This document shows, piece after piece, positions 58,981 to 64,000 of a DNA stretch of 64,000 nucleotides (its first letter is position 1; each line of letters begins with the position of its first letter). The position numbers were made by a program, and so were the translations under genes. The DNA comes from Guillardia theta CCMP2712 (lineage: Eukaryota > Protista > Cryptophyta): contig NW_005434640.1 of the NCBI RefSeq assembly GCF_000315625.1, positions 397,593-461,592 of the forward strand. The letters run 5' to 3'. The notes below the pieces were generated by a model, which saw only the letters and a list, made by a program, of their open reading frames with translations, did not search any database and had not been told where the DNA came from.

Positions 58981-61726
58981 TCAAGGGTTCGAGCTGAGCC
59001 TCGTGAAGGGTTCGAGCTGAGTTTCAGCTCCTTCCCCTCCCTCTCGCGTCTGCCTGCTCCTCCTCGAACGAAAGGCTGCCAGCTTCTCTTGCGCGTGCAA
59101 GTCTTGAAACAACTGCTCGTTGCTGTCCGCCCCGCCCCCGCCTCCTCTACTTCCGCCAGCACTTTCTGCACTCAAGATGACCTCAAGGCAAGGGAAAGAC
59201 GTCAAACCTGCGAGCCTCTGAACCCTCTCTGACTGTCGCGAGACAAACGCTCGAGACAAGCGGCGAAAGATGCTGAGCATGGCCTGTTAGGAAAAAGGAA
59301 TGAGGAGTGCAAGAAACTTCGGAGGAGCATGGAAGGAGAGGAGGAATAGAGAAGAAGGAGAGGAGGAGGAGGAGAGGAGGAGGAGTGGAGGAGGAGGTCG
59401 GGGGCAGGTTTAGACCCTGAGAGGAAGAACGATTAGAGGGATGACGATCCATAGGAACCAGGTGAGCGACTTGACGAACATCCAGTGAATATTCTGCAAG
59501 CGAGTCAGCGAGAGCGACGCTTGCGTGTCCTCACGTCATTCAGTAGCGAGCTCCCATGCTTCATCTGGTACACCTCGATCCTCCCCCTCAGCGCTTGCAG
59601 CCTCTTCCCGGACTCGATGAGGCTCTTGGCCATCGTCAGCGACTTCCAGCCTCCTCCTCCTCCTCTACCTTGTTGAGCTCGTCGCTCTTGTCTTGCACCT
59701 CCTTCAGCTCTCTCGTGCTCATCTTCGCCTCTTCTAGCGACGTTCTTCAGACTTGTCAGTAGCGGTCGGTGACGTCAGCTGTCACCTCGTCAGGCCGGAG
59801 AGGAAGGAGAGGTTGTCGGTGAGATCAGTTTCCGTCTTGATCGACAAGTTCTCCACATGCTTCAACCTCCGATGAGCTGGTGAGATGGTCAAGTCAGACT
59901 CGGCTGGCAAGGCAGCCAGACAGCTGCAGGGCTTTTCCTCCTCCTCAGCCACCACCTCCTGCTCTTGTTCCTGTTCCTCCTGTTCCTTCTCCTGCTCCAC
60001 TCACCATTCTCAACCTCATTGTAAGCAAGCAGAACTCTCATCAGCACGTCCCGCACGTCAGAGGCCTCCACGTCCTCCAGCTGATTCTTGCGGAGGATGA
60101 GAAGTTGAGAGAGGAATTTGTGCGAGGTGGTTCGCAACTCAAGGAGCTGAAGGCAGTCAGGCGTTAGATCACATCTCAAGCCATTGCTCACCTCCTCCCC
60201 TTCATCTTCTCCCACCATCATACTGCAGCCCATCGTTATGTCGTTCCTTCCTGGTCCTTCCACCATCCTCCTGGCCCATTTGTAGGTGCCCCTCCCTCCC
60301 TCCCCTCCCTCCCTCCCTCCCTCCCTCCCTCCCTCCCTCCCTCCCTCCCTCCCTCCCCCCTCCCTCCCCCCTCCACTTCCCTTCCCTCCAACCTCGTGGA
60401 GTCAGAAGTGAGTTTCTTGCTCGTCGCTTTCTCTGCACTAGCTATGACGCTCGTCGCGAGGCTGCTCATCGCTCCTTCATGCTGGCGAGCGGAACGCATC
60501 TCGGCCATGAGCTTCGCCACTTGACCTTCCAGGGACTTGCAAGCATGAGAATCAGCGAGGGAGAGGAGGGTGAGAGCAGAGGAAGGGACATCACATCGAG
60601 GACGAGCTTCATCTCTACTACTTCCATCGCTTCTCCCTCCTCATTCAGCTCGAAGTTTCTAGGAGAGTTCGCGTCGATCAGAGACTCGAATGAGTCTGAC
60701 AAGAACCTGAGGACGAGTCAGCTTCTGCTACGCCACCAGCTTCGCTGCCTCGAGATTTCTTCTCCTCGCTCCTTCTCAAAGTCAAAGTCCAACGCCAAGT
60801 CTTCTGCTCATCGTCACTTCACCCCCTCACTTCCTCAAGCTTTGCCTGCTGGTTCATATTTGCGCGCGGCGTTGAAGTCGAGGGAGTCATCGTCATCGGG
60901 AGAGCTGAGGCTGACAGCAGTCAACCACAGCAAGCAGCGAGTCAAGCTCTTCTCACCCGCGACTTAACTCCTCCTCTCTCCTCCACAGGTTCTCTAGCAA
61001 GTGCTTGTGCTCCGCCAACAGCTCTTTGTTCTGCACCCTAGCACAGATGGTACAGGAAGGATAGCACGTGCCATCGGGCCTCCGATGATGTTTCAGTTCG
61101 AGGTCGTCGAGGCTCGAGTAAGAGCTGAGCATCTTCATCGAGTCCTCTGACTTGTCGTCTGCTAGGTACACCTTCAACAGCCTCATGCTCGGCCCCTCCA
61201 GCGCATCTTCAAAGTCTTGAGCGTCATCCCTCCCCATGAAGATGTCAACTCCCTTCTGCACATCCGACACGATCGTCTCCACCTTGCCGAGGATATTGTG
61301 ATACATGGAGGAAAGAAAGCCATTTGTCTTCTTGCTCGAATCAGTCTTGGTGTTCAACCCTCGGCTGCCAACTGACCGGAGGCTCGAGCTGGAGTCCCCG
61401 ACATGGTGGCTTCTCCTTGCCGCCTTTGATTCAGAGGTCCTCTCGCTGATCGTCTGCATGGCGACGTCGATCTCTCGCTCGCTCCTGCTTCCGAGCACGA
61501 GCTCTCCCATCCCCTTCTCACCCTCAAACAGCACGCGGAGCACGAAGCGAGGCGGCTCTTCCTCCTTCTCCACTCCTCGGATCCGCGACCAGGGCACGCG
61601 CAAGTCTGCCTCCTGCAGCGTCTCCTGGGCATCTCCCGGGTTCCAGCATGACAGCGTCTCCCCCATCCCGCATATCGCTCCAGCCCATCGCCCCCCCACT
61701 CGCCGTTGGCCCACGAACCAGAACAT
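58981..61726 (-). CDS. Hypothetical protein: PH/GRAM-like N-terminal region plus coiled-coil, multi-exon
   Basis: Long first exon (LRVPWSRIRGVEKEE..FVLRVLF..ELVLGS.SE.EID..MQTI) and many short GT-AG bounded coiled-coil exons. Confidence 0.6.
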
Positions 61727-62164
61727 GGCCAAGCAGGTTCGCCGTGCGCCGGGCGGACTCCGGGTTCAATGTGCGGCCCGGCCGGGCGGGCCGCGATGAT
61801 CGGATCGGACTCAGTGGTTTTCATGCCCTGAGTCAGCTCCGAGCGGCCGTCGGTCCTGCTCTGGGGGCGGCCCCCGGCCCGGCCTACTTGAACCCTCGGA
61901 GGGCCCCGGGCTGAGCCCCAAGCGCTGTTGATCGGACTCCAGTTTACTCGGCGGAAGTTCCCATCCGGTGGCAGCCGCACTGCAGTCACCCGTGTCATTG
62001 AGAGTTTTACTCGCAGAAGGTTCAAAGTAGTGCCTCACAGAGGCGAGTCAAGCAGAACTTTCAAAAGCAGGAACAAGCAAGACCCTCATGGACTGGCATA
62101 CATAACAAGCAAGACCCTCATGGACATACATACATAGCGACAAATACTACTGAGTTTTACTCGC

Positions 62165-63715
62165 ATAAGGTAAAAAGTGCCTCAAGCAGAAGAAAGCAGC
62201 AACAAGCCGATGACGAGCGATGTGCCACGTCCGCCCGGCCAGTTACCAGATGAAGCTGAGGGTATCAGGATGCAGAGCACCGTCTGTGGAGATGGCACTA
62301 CCGTACGCCGAGGGATTGGCCTCGAGGAGGAGTAGTGATGGCATACCCAGCCAAGGTACGCTCAAATCCTGCTCCTGCTGCTTGTTGCTTGATTGCTTGA
62401 CCCTTAGGCTGCTTGTCTGCGCGGCTTCGCGCTTGGGCTGGCGATGCCGGGTCTGCTGACGGTTGCCAGCAGTGCTGGTTCTTTTCTGGCTTGTGTTTCA
62501 AGTGTATGTGTTTGTGCAGCTTCTCGCCAGTAAATCGGACCTCTCGCTGTGCGCTGTGTGCATGCCGGTTTAGCTTGTTCCTGCTTTGTTTTGCTTGAGG
62601 CACTTTTTACCTTCTGCCAGTAAATCCTATAGAGCAATTAAGCGGCAACAAGCAGCAGGAGCATGCAGGAGGAATAAAATCCCTTACTAGTTAAACGCAA
62701 TACCCGGAGGCAGCTGACAGACGGATTTACGGGCAGAAGGTAAAAAGTGCCTCAAGCAAAACAAAGCAGGAACAAGCTAAACCTCCTGGCACACAGCGCA
62801 CAGCGAGAAGCTGCACAATCAGGTAATGGATTTACTGGCAGAAGGTAAAAAGTGCCTCAAGCAAAACAAAGCAGGAACAAGCTAAACCTCCAGGCACACA
62901 GCGCACAGCGAGAAGCTGCACAAACACACACAAAACACAAGCCCGAAAAGAACCAGCACCGTGACTGCTGGCACCCAGACGCGGCGCAGCGCCAGCCCAG
63001 GCGCGCAATCAAGCAACAAGCAGCAGGAGCATGCAGGAGGAATAAAATCCCTTAGAAGCGATACCCGGAGGCAGCCGACTGACCACTGTCAGTCGAGACG
63101 TCCGCTGCCGCCACAAAGCGGGCGGCCGCGGACGGAGAAAGGGCAGCCGCCGACAGTATTTACTGGCAGAACGCGAGACATAGGATTTACTGGCAGAAGG
63201 TAAAAAGTGCCTCAAGCAAAACAAAGCAGGAACAAGCTGAACCGGCAGGCACACAGTCCACAGCGAGAAGCTGCACAATCACACACAAAACACAAGCCCG
63301 AAAGGAACCAGCACTGCTGGCACCCAGACGCGGCAGCCGCCCGCCAGCCCAAGCGCGAAGCCGCGCAGACAAGCAGCCTAAGGGTCAAGCAATCAAGCAA
63401 CAAGCAGCAGGAGCATGCAGGAGGAATAAAATCCCTTAGACGCGATACAGAAGGTAAAAAGTGCCTCAAGCAAAACAAAGCAGGAACAAGCTAAACCTCC
63501 AGGCACACAGCGCACAGCGAGAAGCTGCACAATCACACACAAAACACAAGCCCGAAAAGAACCAGCACTGCTGGCACCCAGACGCGGCAGCGCCAGCCCA
63601 AGCGCGAAGCCGCGCAGACAAGCAGCCGAAGGGTCAGGCAATCAAGCAACAAGCAGCAGGAGCATGCAGGAGGAAGAAAATCCCTTAGACGCGATACCCG
63701 GAGGCAGCCGACTGA
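62165..63715. repeat. Array of a ~250-bp repeat (AGAAGGTAAAAAGTGCCTCAAGCAAAACAAAGCAGG...), with direct, truncated and one inverted copy
   Basis: Near-full copies at ~62840-63070, 63195-63448, 63449-63700; partial copies at ~62166, 62645, 62735; reverse-complement copy at ~62370-62630. Confidence 0.95.
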
Positions 63716-63740
63716 CCACGACAAGGAGCCGGCGTGGCCC

Positions 63741-63854
63741 GGGGGTCCGCCTGGGGCAGCGGACGGAGGGAGGCTGGACACAGGAACACGGTACGGAGTA
63801 GGGGGTCCGCCTGGGGCAGCGGACGGAGGGAGGCTGGACACAGGAACACGGTAC
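63741..63854. repeat. 60-bp-period tandem duplication
   Basis: GGGGGTCCGCCTGGGGCAGCGGACGGAGGGAGGCTGGACACAGGAACACGGTAC at 63741 and 63801. Confidence 0.97.
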
Positions 63855-64000
63855 CGCTCGAGGTAGTCCTCCTCGCTAGCCTCCGAGTCAGCGGTAGCCG
63901 AGTCAGCGGTAGCCGCCCGTGACGGCGGCGACGCCGCAGCAATGCCCAAGGACCGGCGTGACCCGACCGATGCCGGGAGGAAGCAGGCGAGCTCGGACCA

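Noticed and set aside
62298-63688. Repeated ORFs 'MPQAKQSRNKLN..' as a peptide gene family, or the array as CRISPR
   Set aside because: They start at GTG, differ by frame-disrupting indels and simply mirror the DNA repeat. There are no unique spacers or cas genes, and the DNA is eukaryotic.
1-64000. tRNA, rRNA or transposase/reverse-transcriptase genes
   Set aside because: None recognised by eye. tRNAscan-SE, Infernal and RepeatMasker would be needed to exclude them formally.

Overview
Eukaryotic nuclear DNA, GC-rich and gene-dense, with many short GT-AG introns (CTGAC-like branch point close to the 3' AG), purine- or pyrimidine-only microsatellites and 7 N-gaps. Signal-peptide plus transit-peptide leaders (e.g. 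VLQA|FQL) suggest an alga with a secondary red plastid, probably a cryptophyte (Guillardia/Hanusia-like); this is inference. About 20 genes were reconstructed by hand from exon phases, mostly alternating in orientation: a PMCA-like P-type ATPase with degenerate catalytic motifs, a peptide:N-glycanase with a signal-like leader, mitochondrial ribosomal L28, a ChaN/DUF399 protein, a multi-bromodomain+LysM+WW protein, a plastid SDR, a glycosyltransferase-like protein, symplekin, a GPH/MFS transporter, a CRC (tesmin/LIN54) protein, a membrane-domain-fused acyltransferase, TXNDC12/ERp18, a TPR protein, short-chain acyl-CoA dehydrogenase, a TYW3-TYW2 fusion and several hypothetical proteins. A ~250-bp repeat array lies at the right end. 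Most interesting: the intact but apparently non-pumping P-type ATPase, normally cytosolic enzymes (PNGase, TYW3/2) carrying putative periplastid-compartment leaders, the bromo/LysM/WW architecture, and two recurrent classes of intergenic sequence upstream of genes. Coordinates for spliced genes span introns and were not computationally verified.
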